Below are positions 16,162 through 26,400 of a stretch of 27,631 nt of DNA, one piece after another. The position numbers were made by a program, and so were the translations under genes. The notes under the pieces are model-generated. The model searched no databases. It was given only the letters and a program-made list of their open reading frames with translations, and was not told the origin of the DNA. How positions within the stretch are numbered: the stretch's first letter is position 1; each line of letters starts with the position of its first letter. The stretch is from an uncultured Desulfovibrionaceae bacterium (GTDB lineage: Bacteria > Desulfobacterota > Desulfovibrionia > Desulfovibrionales > Desulfovibrionaceae): NCBI GenBank assembly GCA_947178315.1, contig CAMWXW010000001.1, positions 1 through 27,631 of the forward strand. The letters are read 5' to 3'.

Positions 16162-18129
16162 ATGGATACTATAGAACATAAGCCCGAAATATTATCACCG
16201 GCTGGGGAAATGGAATCTGCTCTTGCAGCTATACATGCAGGTGCAAATGCTATATTTTTAGGACTTAAACATTTTTCTGCACGAATGAAGGCAGAAAATT
16301 TTACTATTCCAGATGTCGCTAAACTCACCGAACTTGCACATAAACATGATGCAAAAATATATATAGCACTCAATACGCTTGTGAAGCCTGATGATGTTTC
16401 ATCTCTCAGCAATCTTATTGCCCGTCTTGTGCATGATGTACAACCAGATGCGTTTATCATACAAGATGTAGGTATCATCTCCATTGCACGACAAGCACAT
16501 TTTAAGGGCGAAATTCATCTCTCGACATTGGCAAATATAACAAGTCTCGATGCTATGTATACCGCAAAAGCACTCGGTGCAGATAGAGTTGTATTGCCAA
16601 GAGAGATTCACTTAGATGAATTGCAATCTCTCAATGCATCGTGTCCTGAAGGGCTTGCCTTAGAACTCTTTATTCATGGAGCTCTTTGCTATATGGTTTC
16701 TGGACGTTGTTATTGGTCGAGCTATCTTGGAGGGAAGAGTGGATTACGGGGGCGATGTGTTCAACCGTGTCGTAGAGTATATACACAAGGAGGAAAGCAG
16801 GGGAGATTTTTCTCTAGTCTCGATCTTTCCCTAGAAAACTTGATTTATGATATTCTTCCTTTACACCGTATTTCTTCATGGAAGATAGAAGGACGTAAAA
16901 AAGGTCCACATTATGTATATCATGCAACAAAGGCATATCGACTCTTACGTGATTATCCCAATGAACCAGACGTCATTAAAGAAGCTCATACATTATTACA
17001 ATATGCCATTAGTAGAGAGACAACATCTTCTATTATAACATCATCTAAGAAAAATACTCCTGTTGAGCTATCAAAGCATACAAATACTGGTATTGCTATA
17101 GGGAATGTCATCAAAAAGGGAGATGGTTTTGTTCTACAGGTAGAAAAGCCGTTATATAGAGAAGATGCCATACGTATTGGATATGAAGATGAAGCATGGT
17201 ATACAACGATACATATAAAAGAAAATACTTCTCTTGGAGCTGAAATCCCTATTAGTTTTGGAACAAAAAAGACTCCTAAAAAAAGTGTGACAGCATTTTT
17301 AATCGATAGAAAAGCTACGCTTCCTAAGAAGGAGTTGCGAGCTTTGCGTAAGGAATTAGAAAGTATAGCACATACTGTGAGTAAACAGCCTTCATTTCGT
17401 CCTCAATTTGCACGCTCTGTTCAAACAGCCTTTACAGGGATACAGAATTTACAATCTGCTATACCAAAAGGAAAAGAGAATAAACAACAAGGACTCTCAC
17501 TATGGCTTTCTCCACGAACTGTTCGTGAGGTTTCTCGAACTATCACACCTAGAATAACATGGTGGCTTCCTCCTGTTGTATGGCATGAAGATGAGTCCTC
17601 ATTTCGTTCTCTTATACGTCATGTATGTAGGAATGGTGCGAAACGTTTTGTATGTAATGAATTTATGCAGTATTCACTATTACCGGAATCAGCAATAAAG
17701 ATGCTTGGTCCATTTTGTAATATATCTAATGTTGCAACACTACATCTTGCTAAGGAGTGTGGATATACAAAAGCTATTGCTAGTATGGAGCTAAGCAAGG
17801 AAGATTTACATAGTTTAGCTAGGCAGAGTCCTCTTCCTCTTGGTCTGGTAACAAAAGGATATTTCCCAATAGGGATTACTCGATTTAGTCCTCAAGGGAT
17901 ATCTTTAGATAGTTCCTTTCGCAGTGCCTTAAAAGAAGATTTTTGGGTGAGGAAGTATGGAAGTAGCTATTGGTTTTATCCAGCTTGGGAGTTGGATTTA
18001 TCTTCATTCGAGAATGAGCTTATAGGTATGGGATATTCTTTCTTTGTGCATATTACAGAACATGCACCTAAGGGTGTAGCTATTGTGCGTAAACAGAGTA
18101 CATTTAATTGGAATTTATCCTTATTATAA
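16162..18129 (+). CDS. Peptidase U32-family protein, long form (RlhA-like Fe-S RNA hydroxylase candidate)
   Basis: PEILSPAG, FSARMKAENF, E168 plus C176/C183/C199/C203 (HGALC..VSGRC...RGRCVQPCR) and KIEGRKK; 655 aa. Confidence 0.88.
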   Translation: MDTIEHKPEILSPAGEMESALAAIHAGANAIFLGLKHFSARMKAENFTIPDVAKLTELAHKHDAKIYIALNTLVKPDDVSSLSNLIARLVHDVQPDAFIIQDVGIISIARQAHFKGEIHLSTLANITSLDAMYTAKALGADRVVLPREIHLDELQSLNASCPEGLALELFIHGALCYMVSGRCYWSSYLGGKSGLRGRCVQPCRRVYTQGGKQGRFFSSLDLSLENLIYDILPLHRISSWKIEGRKKGPHYVYHATKAYRLLRDYPNEPDVIKEAHTLLQYAISRETTSSIITSSKKNTPVELSKHTNTGIAIGNVIKKGDGFVLQVEKPLYREDAIRIGYEDEAWYTTIHIKENTSLGAEIPISFGTKKTPKKSVTAFLIDRKATLPKKELRALRKELESIAHTVSKQPSFRPQFARSVQTAFTGIQNLQSAIPKGKENKQQGLSLWLSPRTVREVSRTITPRITWWLPPVVWHEDESSFRSLIRHVCRNGAKRFVCNEFMQYSLLPESAIKMLGPFCNISNVATLHLAKECGYTKAIASMELSKEDLHSLARQSPLPLGLVTKGYFPIGITRFSPQGISLDSSFRSALKEDFWVRKYGSSYWFYPAWELDLSSFENELIGMGYSFFVHITEHAPKGVAIVRKQSTFNWNLSLL

Positions 18130-18205
18130 GTATACTGTATTGAGGCATATAGAGGAGAGTATATTTCTCTAAGGAGATTCTTCTTTTTTGTAGGCTAGGG
18201 TATTT

Positions 18206-18221
18206 TGTTCTATGTGGAACA
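18206..18221. promoter_or_regulatory. parS-like centromere site
   Basis: TGTTCTATGTGGAACA matches the parS palindrome TGTTCCACGTGGAACA at 14/16. Intergenic, about 2.4 kb from parA. Confidence 0.65.
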
Positions 18222-18299
18222 TAAAGAGTGAGAAAGACTATGTGTTTTTCTATGGTAGTATTACCCATCTAAGGTGATGGTATATATAAAGGATAATGT

Positions 18300-19238
18300 A
18301 TGTATCATAATACGTATTTGCGTAACAATAAAGTTTTACAACGTATACTTTATGGACAAAATCTACAAGTTCATAATCTTATATTACCTTTTTTACTTGT
18401 TGATTCAGATGAGTTAGTGCAGAGTACTACTGCATATTCTATGCAACCAGTAACACAGGATATGCTTTATAAACAACTTGCTATCTATACAAAAAAGGGC
18501 TTGCATGGTATTCTTCTATCCCTCTATACTACTGCTGAAATGCTCTCTCCTGCCCTTGTTGAAAAGCGATCATCTTCTCTTGCTAATAGTATACGTTATA
18601 TTAAACAGATGTATCCAGAGCTTCTGATTATTGTAGATATCTCTACAACACTTGCAAATAAGGACTATATGTTTGGTATAGAACGTAATGGTACAGTGAA
18701 TATTGATGCAACGATTGATATCCTTACTGAACTTGCTGTTCTTTATGCAAAAGCAGGTGTTGATATTCTTCTCCATTCTGGTATGCTACATACACTTACA
18801 CGAAGTATTAAAAAAACATTACAAAGTCATAGTATATATCATGTTGCTCTTATGAGCTATGCTATGCAGGCCAAAGATGCCTTTGCTAGTCTTTTGAAAG
18901 AGAGTCCAGAGAAAGAACATGTAGGTATATATGCTTCTAAAGAGCAGTTTATGGCAATTGCACATCATGAAGTGCGAAGTGGGGTAGATATTTTAGTGGT
19001 TAGCCCTCTTATGCTTTCGTTCGATGCTATGGCTACAATTGCAAATACTATTGATCTCCCTCTTTTTGCATTTCATACATCTACAGAATACTCTGTCCTT
19101 CGCTGTGCTATTGAGAATGGATTGATTGATGAAGAGGAGAGTCTTTGCTCTCTTTGTTTTGCTACACTGAGAGCTGGTGCAAAGGCAATTATAACCCCGT
19201 ATACCCCTGTCTTACTTGATATATTAAATAAATCGTAA
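18300..19238 (+). CDS. hemB: HemB/porphobilinogen synthase-fold protein with catalytic residues lost (intact ORF, candidate pseudoenzyme)
   Basis: Colinear HemB motifs: LILP, YPELLIIVD, DAT..IL...A..YAKAGVDI, ALMSYA, G.DIL.V.P, LPLFAF..S.EY, A.ENG.IDEE and RAGA..IIT.Y. The catalytic Lys positions are Q190 and S235, and no Zn-binding Cys are present. Confidence 0.8.
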   Translation: MYHNTYLRNNKVLQRILYGQNLQVHNLILPFLLVDSDELVQSTTAYSMQPVTQDMLYKQLAIYTKKGLHGILLSLYTTAEMLSPALVEKRSSSLANSIRYIKQMYPELLIIVDISTTLANKDYMFGIERNGTVNIDATIDILTELAVLYAKAGVDILLHSGMLHTLTRSIKKTLQSHSIYHVALMSYAMQAKDAFASLLKESPEKEHVGIYASKEQFMAIAHHEVRSGVDILVVSPLMLSFDAMATIANTIDLPLFAFHTSTEYSVLRCAIENGLIDEEESLCSLCFATLRAGAKAIITPYTPVLLDILNKS

Positions 19239-19427
19239 TGATATATTTTTATGACGATAGCTATCTGAGTTATGTTCAACATATAGAAGAGAGATACATT
19301 ATAAGTAAAGTTTTTATGACTTTCCTTTCTTCTATGAGTGTATATTTTATAGCTAAGCTCTTGAATGATATGTAAGAATGCTGTATACTGTGTTCAAGAA
19401 TATGAAGTTACATTATATAGGCGAACT

Positions 19428-20447
19428 ATGGATACAGTAACACATTGTCTTATTGGGACATTTACATACTCATTATTACCTCGAGTATATAAAGTAAAAA
19501 ATCTTTTATTAGCTTCTATTGTTTTAGCAAATATACCTGATATTGATGTATTGTTTGCGTACACACAAGAGCTTTATTTAGCACTTCATCGTGGAATAAC
19601 ACACTCGATATTTCTTGTGCCTCTGATATCGCTTCTTTTTGCTTATATCATTATGCGTTGGATTATCCCGAAGGAGACACAATGGCGTTATGCCACAATG
19701 TATGGCTATGTCGTCCTCCTTCTTATGGAGCATATCTATGCAGATGTTGTTACTAATTATGGGACAATGATTTTTATGCCTTTTAGTGCTATACGTATTC
19801 GTATCCCTGGTCTCTTTATTATTGATTTAGTTGTAATAGCATTACTTATCATAGGAAGTATTTTAGGATTCAAAAGACGATATAAAGGAGCATATTCTAT
19901 TGCAGTGCTTCTCTTCTTCTATCCTCTTCTATCCTATGGAATTGGTTCTTTTGTAGAGCAGAGTGTACACACACGTTATGCTCCTCTTCTCTCTGAAAAA
20001 AGCCGTGTTATTGTATATCCTGCACCATTTGCTCCTTTATATTGGAATGTGATTATTGAAGATGATACTACATATTATCAAACTAAAATAAATATAGTGA
20101 CACAATCTATTACACCTCTTATACAATATTCTAGACTTGATGATGAATTTATTGAGTCGCTCAAAAAACAAGGTCGATTTTTTCAACTCTATAGCGCATT
20201 TGCAGATGATATGCTTGTTATTACCAAACGTGATGCAGATAAAATATCTCTTGCTCCTTTATACACTATTCCTATAGGAGAGAAAGCCTTTGGGAATACA
20301 TCTTCCTTTTTAGAAATTACACTCCATGAAAAAGATAATGTAATTGAAAAAATAGATCTCTTTCCTGCTATATTTCTATGGCGTTATGATACTCCTGCTA
20401 TTATAGTTGAAGAGCCATTTAGCTTGCCTAATATGAGTGCCTTATAG
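19428..20447 (+). CDS. Metal-dependent membrane hydrolase (YdjM/LexA-regulated family)
   Basis: MDTVTH..IG start, PDID, HRGITHS, H...D..T.YGT and several TM segments. Start placed at 19428; the ORF track starts at 19365. Confidence 0.85.
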   Translation: MDTVTHCLIGTFTYSLLPRVYKVKNLLLASIVLANIPDIDVLFAYTQELYLALHRGITHSIFLVPLISLLFAYIIMRWIIPKETQWRYATMYGYVVLLLMEHIYADVVTNYGTMIFMPFSAIRIRIPGLFIIDLVVIALLIIGSILGFKRRYKGAYSIAVLLFFYPLLSYGIGSFVEQSVHTRYAPLLSEKSRVIVYPAPFAPLYWNVIIEDDTTYYQTKINIVTQSITPLIQYSRLDDEFIESLKKQGRFFQLYSAFADDMLVITKRDADKISLAPLYTIPIGEKAFGNTSSFLEITLHEKDNVIEKIDLFPAIFLWRYDTPAIIVEEPFSLPNMSAL

Positions 20448-20451
20448 ATAT

Positions 20452-20467
20452 AGTTCTACGTGGAACA
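20452..20467. promoter_or_regulatory. parS-like centromere site
   Basis: AGTTCTACGTGGAACA matches TGTTCCACGTGGAACA at 14/16. Intergenic, 164 nt upstream of parA. Confidence 0.7.
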
Positions 20468-20553
20468 GAGGGAAGATAACAAGTATTTATGTGTAGAGAT
20501 TTTATCTCTTTCTTGAAATACTGTGATGATAGGGAGGAGGAAGAGATTCATAC

Positions 20554-20582
20554 TTGATACACGTTCAGAAATTTTGTATACT
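20554..20582 (+). promoter_or_regulatory. Candidate sigma70 promoter of the parA-parB-rfaE1 operon
   Basis: TTGATA (20554-20559), 17-nt spacer, TATACT (20577-20582). RBS AAGGAGG before the ATG at 20632. Confidence 0.55.
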
Positions 20583-20631
20583 GAGATACGTAGAGTATCA
20601 ATAGTCTCTTCTTCTGTGTAAAGGAGGATAC

Positions 20632-21426
20632 ATGGCTAGGATTATTGCCATAGCAAATCAAAAAGGCGGAGTAGGAAAAACAACAACAGCAATAAATCTT
20701 GCTTCTGCTCTTGCAATTATGGAGAAAAAAACTCTCCTTATTGATTTCGATCCACAAGCAAATGCAACAAGTGGACTTGGTATCGATACAACAGGTGTAG
20801 AAAAAAGTCTCTATGATGTCTTTTTTACTCCAGAAAATATATATGAGGCAATACAGCCAACACAAGCTAACTTCTTATTTGTTCTTCCTGCAAGTACAGA
20901 TTTAGTAGCAATTGAATTAGAGCTTGTGGATAAATTGGGAAGAGAGTATTATTTAGCAGACTTATTAGCTCCTATCTATGATGAATTTGAATATATTATT
21001 ATTGATTGTCCTCCTTCTTTGGGACTTATTACTCTCAATGCCTTATGTGCAGCAAAAGAGCTACTTATTCCTTTGCAGTGTGAATTCTTTGCATTAGAAG
21101 GAATAGTGAAGTTATTACAGACGTTTGAACAAGTGAAAAAACGTCTTAATCCTCAGCTTAAACTTTTAGGGGTTGCTCTGACAATGTATGATAGTCGTAA
21201 TAATCTCACAAAAGAGGTAACATCAGCAGTAACACAATATTTTGGTGCTTCGCTCTTTACGTCTGTTATTCCACGAACTGTTCGGCTTTCAGAAGCTCCA
21301 AGTCATGGAAAGAGTATCTTGCATTATGATATACGTTCTCGAGGAGCAGAGGCATATATCGCATTAGCAAAAGAGGTCAGTGAACGTATAGCAGTTGATA
21401 AAATTGGGAGAGTACAAAATATATGA
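20632..21426 (+). CDS. parA: Chromosome partitioning ATPase ParA/Soj
   Basis: Deviant Walker A NQKGGVGKTTT, D.DPQANATSGLG, IDCPPSLG and IPRTVRLSEAPSHG. Confidence 0.97.
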   Translation: MARIIAIANQKGGVGKTTTAINLASALAIMEKKTLLIDFDPQANATSGLGIDTTGVEKSLYDVFFTPENIYEAIQPTQANFLFVLPASTDLVAIELELVDKLGREYYLADLLAPIYDEFEYIIIDCPPSLGLITLNALCAAKELLIPLQCEFFALEGIVKLLQTFEQVKKRLNPQLKLLGVALTMYDSRNNLTKEVTSAVTQYFGASLFTSVIPRTVRLSEAPSHGKSILHYDIRSRGAEAYIALAKEVSERIAVDKIGRVQNI

Positions 21427-22316
21427 AGCAAGTACGCAAAGCAATGGGCGGTGGAGTTGATAGTCTATTTAATAATTCACGAGTCTTACAAAATCTTGAT
21501 GATACAACAAAAGAATTGATGCAAGTTCATAGCATTTCTATCAATAGAATAACTCCTAATGCAGAACAACCGAGAAAACATTTTTCACAAGAAAGCTTAC
21601 ACGAGCTTGGAGAGAGTATACGTCAACATGGAATTTTGCAACCATTAGTAGTTAAACCAAGTGTTCATACAACTGGAGCATATACTATTATTGCAGGAGA
21701 AAGAAGATATAGAGCTGCAAAAGAAGTAGGTATAAAAGAAGTCCCTGTCATTATCCATGAGGTTGAACTAAAGGAAGCATTTATCTTAGCACTGACAGAG
21801 AATATGCAACGAGAGGCCTTGAATCCATTTGAAGAGGCTCAAGCATTATATTCATTAAAAGAGCATTTTGGTTTTACACAAGAGGAGCTTGCAGGGACAC
21901 TTGGAAAGAGTAGATCTACAATAGCTAATTTACTACGGCTTATGAATTTGTGTGAGAGTGCTAAGGAAGCTCTTCGACAAGATGTAATTTCTCTTGGCCA
22001 TGCAAAAGTCTTATTGAGTCTTACTGATAAAGAACAACAAAAAGAAGTTCTTGATATTACAATACAACGTGCATATTCTGTAAGAGAAGTAGAAGAACTC
22101 ATTGCTTTATATAAGAAGAAGGAGGAAGAGAAGTCTAATCCAACAAAGAAGAGAAAGAAGAGTTCACAACAGATGCGTGAAATAGCAGATAGAATGAGTA
22201 GACGTTTTGATACAAGAGTAAAAATTACAGGAACAGAAGAAAAAGGAAGTATTGTTATTTCATTCACTTCAAAAGAGATGTTACAAAGCCTTCTTACTGT
22301 ACTAGACGAGGAGTGA
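21423..22316 (+). CDS. parB: Chromosome partitioning protein ParB/Spo0J
   Basis: QPRKHF, GILQPL.V, IIAGERRYRAA (CTPase motif), ENMQRE.LN and HTH TQEELA..LGKSRSTIAN. ATGA overlap with parA. Confidence 0.97.
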   Translation: MKQVRKAMGGGVDSLFNNSRVLQNLDDTTKELMQVHSISINRITPNAEQPRKHFSQESLHELGESIRQHGILQPLVVKPSVHTTGAYTIIAGERRYRAAKEVGIKEVPVIIHEVELKEAFILALTENMQREALNPFEEAQALYSLKEHFGFTQEELAGTLGKSRSTIANLLRLMNLCESAKEALRQDVISLGHAKVLLSLTDKEQQKEVLDITIQRAYSVREVEELIALYKKKEEEKSNPTKKRKKSSQQMREIADRMSRRFDTRVKITGTEEKGSIVISFTSKEMLQSLLTVLDEE

Positions 22317-22323
22317 TAACGAT

Positions 22324-23307
22324 ATGAGGAAGACGATAGAAGACTATAAAGATATTGTTCAGAGTTGGAAAAATGTACGTGTTCTTATATTGGGCGATGC
22401 TATGCTTGATGAATATATTATAGGTAATGCTACTCGTATTTCTCCAGAAGCACCTGTCCCAGTGGTGCATGCTCAGGACTATAAAACACATTTAGGTGGA
22501 GCATGTAATGTTGCACGTAATATAAAAGCACTTGGTGGGACGCCAATTCTTGTCTCTTTTGTCGGAGATGATACGTATGCAGATAGATTGCGAGAACTTT
22601 TGAAAGAAGAGGATATTGAGTCATGTCTTTTTACGCTTCCTCATATTCATACAACAGTAAAAACTCGTGTTGTTATTGAGCGACAACAAATAGTGCGTAT
22701 AGATAGAGAAAATATAGCACATCCATCAGAAGAAGTTGTTAATGATGTAGTGAATGCAGTACAAGAACTCATAACAGATATAGATGTTGTTATTTATTCT
22801 GATTATGCAAAAGGTTTTTTTACTGCATCTATGATTGACGAGCTTAAAAAGGTTTGGGGAAAGCAAGAGCAGAGTCCTAAAATTTTAGTTGATCCAAAAG
22901 TATCTAATATCTCACTTTTTACAGATGTATTCTTAATCACTCCTAATAGTAAAGAGACGCATGAAAGTACTGGGGTTGCAATTGGAGATGAAGATGGATT
23001 ATATAAAGCAGCCCGTATTTTATTTGATAGATGTAACTGTTCACATGTTCTAACTACATTAGGAGAAAGAGGAATGGCTCTCTTTACATCGAGAGAGAAT
23101 ATGGAATATGTTCATGGAATTCGACAAGATGTATTCGATGTTACCGGTGCAGGTGATGTTGTAATTGCAACGATAGCATTTGCACTAGCAAATGGAACAG
23201 ATATTAGAGATGCTGTATGGATTGCAAATTATGCTGGAAGTTACTCTGTTCGTCATTTTGGTGTAGTTGCAATTACACAGGAAAATCTCTTAGAAGCTAT
23301 CTCTTAA
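22324..23307 (+). CDS. rfaE1: D-glycero-beta-D-manno-heptose-7-phosphate kinase (stand-alone HldE kinase domain, PfkB family)
   Basis: GDAMLDEY, RISPEAPVPVV, GGACNVA, KTRV, SDYAKG, VDPK, TPN and DVTGAGD. No adenylyltransferase domain. Confidence 0.93.
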   Translation: MRKTIEDYKDIVQSWKNVRVLILGDAMLDEYIIGNATRISPEAPVPVVHAQDYKTHLGGACNVARNIKALGGTPILVSFVGDDTYADRLRELLKEEDIESCLFTLPHIHTTVKTRVVIERQQIVRIDRENIAHPSEEVVNDVVNAVQELITDIDVVIYSDYAKGFFTASMIDELKKVWGKQEQSPKILVDPKVSNISLFTDVFLITPNSKETHESTGVAIGDEDGLYKAARILFDRCNCSHVLTTLGERGMALFTSRENMEYVHGIRQDVFDVTGAGDVVIATIAFALANGTDIRDAVWIANYAGSYSVRHFGVVAITQENLLEAIS

Positions 23308-23449
23308 AGATATTCTTTAAGTTTACGCTGTGTATACTAAGGAAGTACTTTGTATCAGATAATAGTATGTGTTTATTAGGCTTTCTTGCAAAAGAAACTT
23401 CCATGTGATATAACTATAATAATATGTACCTTCAGTAAGGAGTTAGCAA

Positions 23450-26400
23450 ATGAGTTTCGTACATCTACATTGTCATACCGAGTATAGTTTACTTGATGGT
23501 GCAATACGTTTAGATATGTTATGTGAGAAAGCACTTAAATATGGTATGCCCGCAACAGCAATCACAGATCATGGTAATCTTTACGGGGCAATGAATTTCT
23601 ATTTACAGTGTAAAAAGTATGGTGTAAAGCCAATTATTGGTTGTGAAGTCTATATAGCTCATGATCATACAGATACTACTTCTCCAAGAGCAAGAGAGCG
23701 TTCTCACCTGATTCTTCTTTCTAAAAACATGCAAGGATATAAAAATCTTCTTAAAATAGTTTCTCATGCTTGGCTTCATGGATTCCATTATAAGCCAAGA
23801 ACTGATAAAAAATTCCTTAAAGATCATAGTGAAGGGATTATAGCTTTATCTGCATGTTATGCTGGTGAAATACCAAAGCTCTTGCGAACAAAAGGAATGG
23901 ATGCAGCAATAGAATCGGCTTATGAATATGCTTCTATTTTTAAGGAAGGATTCTATCTTGAAGTGCAATCCAATGGTATGAAAGAGCAAGAAATTCTCAA
24001 TAATCAGCTCTATGAAATGGCAGAGAAAACAAAACTTCCTCTTGTCGCTACGAATGACTGTCATTATCTCAATAAGGAAGATGTTGAAGCTCATGATATT
24101 CTATTGTGTGTACAGACAGGTGCAAAAGTAGATGATAAAGATAGAATGCGTTTTGATACAACAGAGCTATACTATAAAACACCAGAAGAAATGGCTACTC
24201 ACTTCTCACATATCCCTGAGACATTAGAAAATACATTGCGTATTGCAGAGCAGTGTAATGTAGAATTTTCATTTGGTACATATCACTTTCCTGTATATAC
24301 ATTGGAAAATACAGGAACTCCAGAAGAAGAGTTTGCACTTCTTGCACGACAAGGCTTAGAGAAACGTTTTCAAAATCTTGAAGAGCATGGTAAACCAATC
24401 CTTGATAAAGAGATGTACTATAAACGATTAGAGTATGAGATAGAAGTTATCTGTTCTATGGGGTTTGCAAGTTATTTTCTTATCGTGCAGGATTTTATCA
24501 ATTGGGCTAAATCTCAAAATATCCCTGTAGGGCCTGGAAGAGGTTCTGCTGCTGGCTCATTAGTTGCGTATTCATTGCGTATTACAAATATAGATCCTAT
24601 TCCATATAATCTTCTTTTTGAGCGTTTCTTGAATGTAGAACGTATCAGTATGCCTGATATAGATGTGGATTTCTGTGAGCGTCGTAGAGGAGAAGTCATT
24701 GAATATGTTTCTAAAAAATATGGTGTAGATTCTGTTGCTCAAATCACTACTTTTGGAAAAATGAAAGCAAAAGCAGCAATTAAAGATATCGGAAGAGCAT
24801 TAGGTGTTTCCTATCCAGAGATGAATGCTCTTGTTAAGCATGTCCCCGATGATCTTAAAATCACTATACAGCGTGCCCTTGAAGAAGGACAAGAGTTGCG
24901 TGAGATATACAATACAGATGAAAAAATGCGTAAAGTAATTGATATTGCCTCATCTCTTGAAGGATTGAGTCGTCATGCTTCTACACATGCTGCAGGTATT
25001 GTTATCTCTGATAAAGCTATGTGTGAATATCTTCCTCTCTACAAAGGGAAAAAGGGTGAGATTGTTACACAGTATGATATGAAAATTGTAGAGAAAATAG
25101 GGCTTGTAAAATTTGACTTTTTAGGACTAAAAACAATAACCCTTGTGCAAGATACATTGCGTATTATTAGAGAGGAGGGGAAAGAAGTTCCTGATCTTGA
25201 TACTCTTTCTCTTGATGATAAAGCAACATATGAACTCTACTCAAGTGGTAATACAGATGGAGTCTTCCAAGTTGAAAGTAATGGTATGCGTCAATACTTA
25301 CGTATGTTGCGTCCTTCGTGTTTTGAGGATATCATTGCTATGCTTGCACTCTATCGTCCTGGTCCACTTAAAACAGGTATGGTAGATGAATTTATTGATA
25401 GGAAGCATGGAAGAAAACCAAGTGCTGCACCTCTTCCTCAATTAGAAGATTGTCTTAAAGATACCTATGGTGTCATTGTCTATCAAGAGCAGGTCATGCA
25501 GATTGCACAAATCGTTGCTAATTATAGTCTCGGAAATGCAGACTTATTGCGAAGAGCAATGGGGAAAAAAGATGCTACAGAAATGGCAAAACAAAAAGAA
25601 GTATTCATTCGAGGGGCTGTAGAGAATGGTATAGATGAAGCAAAAGCAATAGAGATATTTGAGCTTATTGAGACATTTGCAGAATATGGTTTTAATAAAT
25701 CACATAGTGCTGCATATGCTCTTATCTCATACTATACAGCATATCTACGAGCAAACTATCCACTTGAATTTATGGCTGCATTATTTTCTTCTGATATGCA
25801 TAATACTGATAAAATACAGCAGTATGTTGTTCAATCTAAGGCTTCTGGAATTACTCTTCTTCCACCTAATATCAATACAAGTCAAGAGCATTTCACTGTG
25901 CATGAAGGTAAGATAATTTTTGCTTTTGGTGCTATTAAAGCTGTTGGGACTGAAGCTATTCAAGAGATTCTCTCTGTAAGAAAACAAGGTGAATTTACGT
26001 CATTGTATGATTTATGTAGTCGTGTTAATACAAGAAAAGTAACTCGTAGGGTTTTTGAGTTCCTCATTAAATCAGGAGCGCTCGATTGTTTTGGACTCCC
26101 TCGTAAAGTTATGATGGACGCACTTGAACCATGTATTCTTAAGGCTCAAAGAGAAAATAGAGAAAAGGATTCGCTACAGACAAGCCTCTTTTCTATGAGT
26201 CCTACACAGCCAAAAGCTACAGGAGGATTAGGATTCGATTATAATGGAGATATGACTACTGAATTTATGCAGAAGGAGTGGCTCTCATTGGAAAAGGATA
26301 GTTTAGGATTTTTCCTTTCAAAGCACCCATTACATGTCTTATCGACAGAATATAAGAGATTACAGCTTCTCCATGTTGCAGATGTACATGCTCTTGAAAC

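Noticed and set aside
19239-19427. Several short palindromes (GATAGCTATC, TATGTT-C-AACATA and 7-8-bp inverted repeats)
   Set aside because: Short AT-rich matches that are expected by chance.
16162-20447. U32 + HemB-like + YdjM hydrolase as a novel three-gene system
   Set aside because: The genes are co-directional but separated by gaps of about 170 and 190 nt, one holding a parS-like site. I know of no functional link, and the shuffled gene order elsewhere explains the adjacency more simply. Conserved linkage in other genomes would revive the idea.
20925-20933. Perfect DnaA box TGTGGATAA, suggesting oriC
   Set aside because: It is a single copy inside parA coding sequence (L-V-D-K), with no box cluster or dnaA/dnaN gene in the window.
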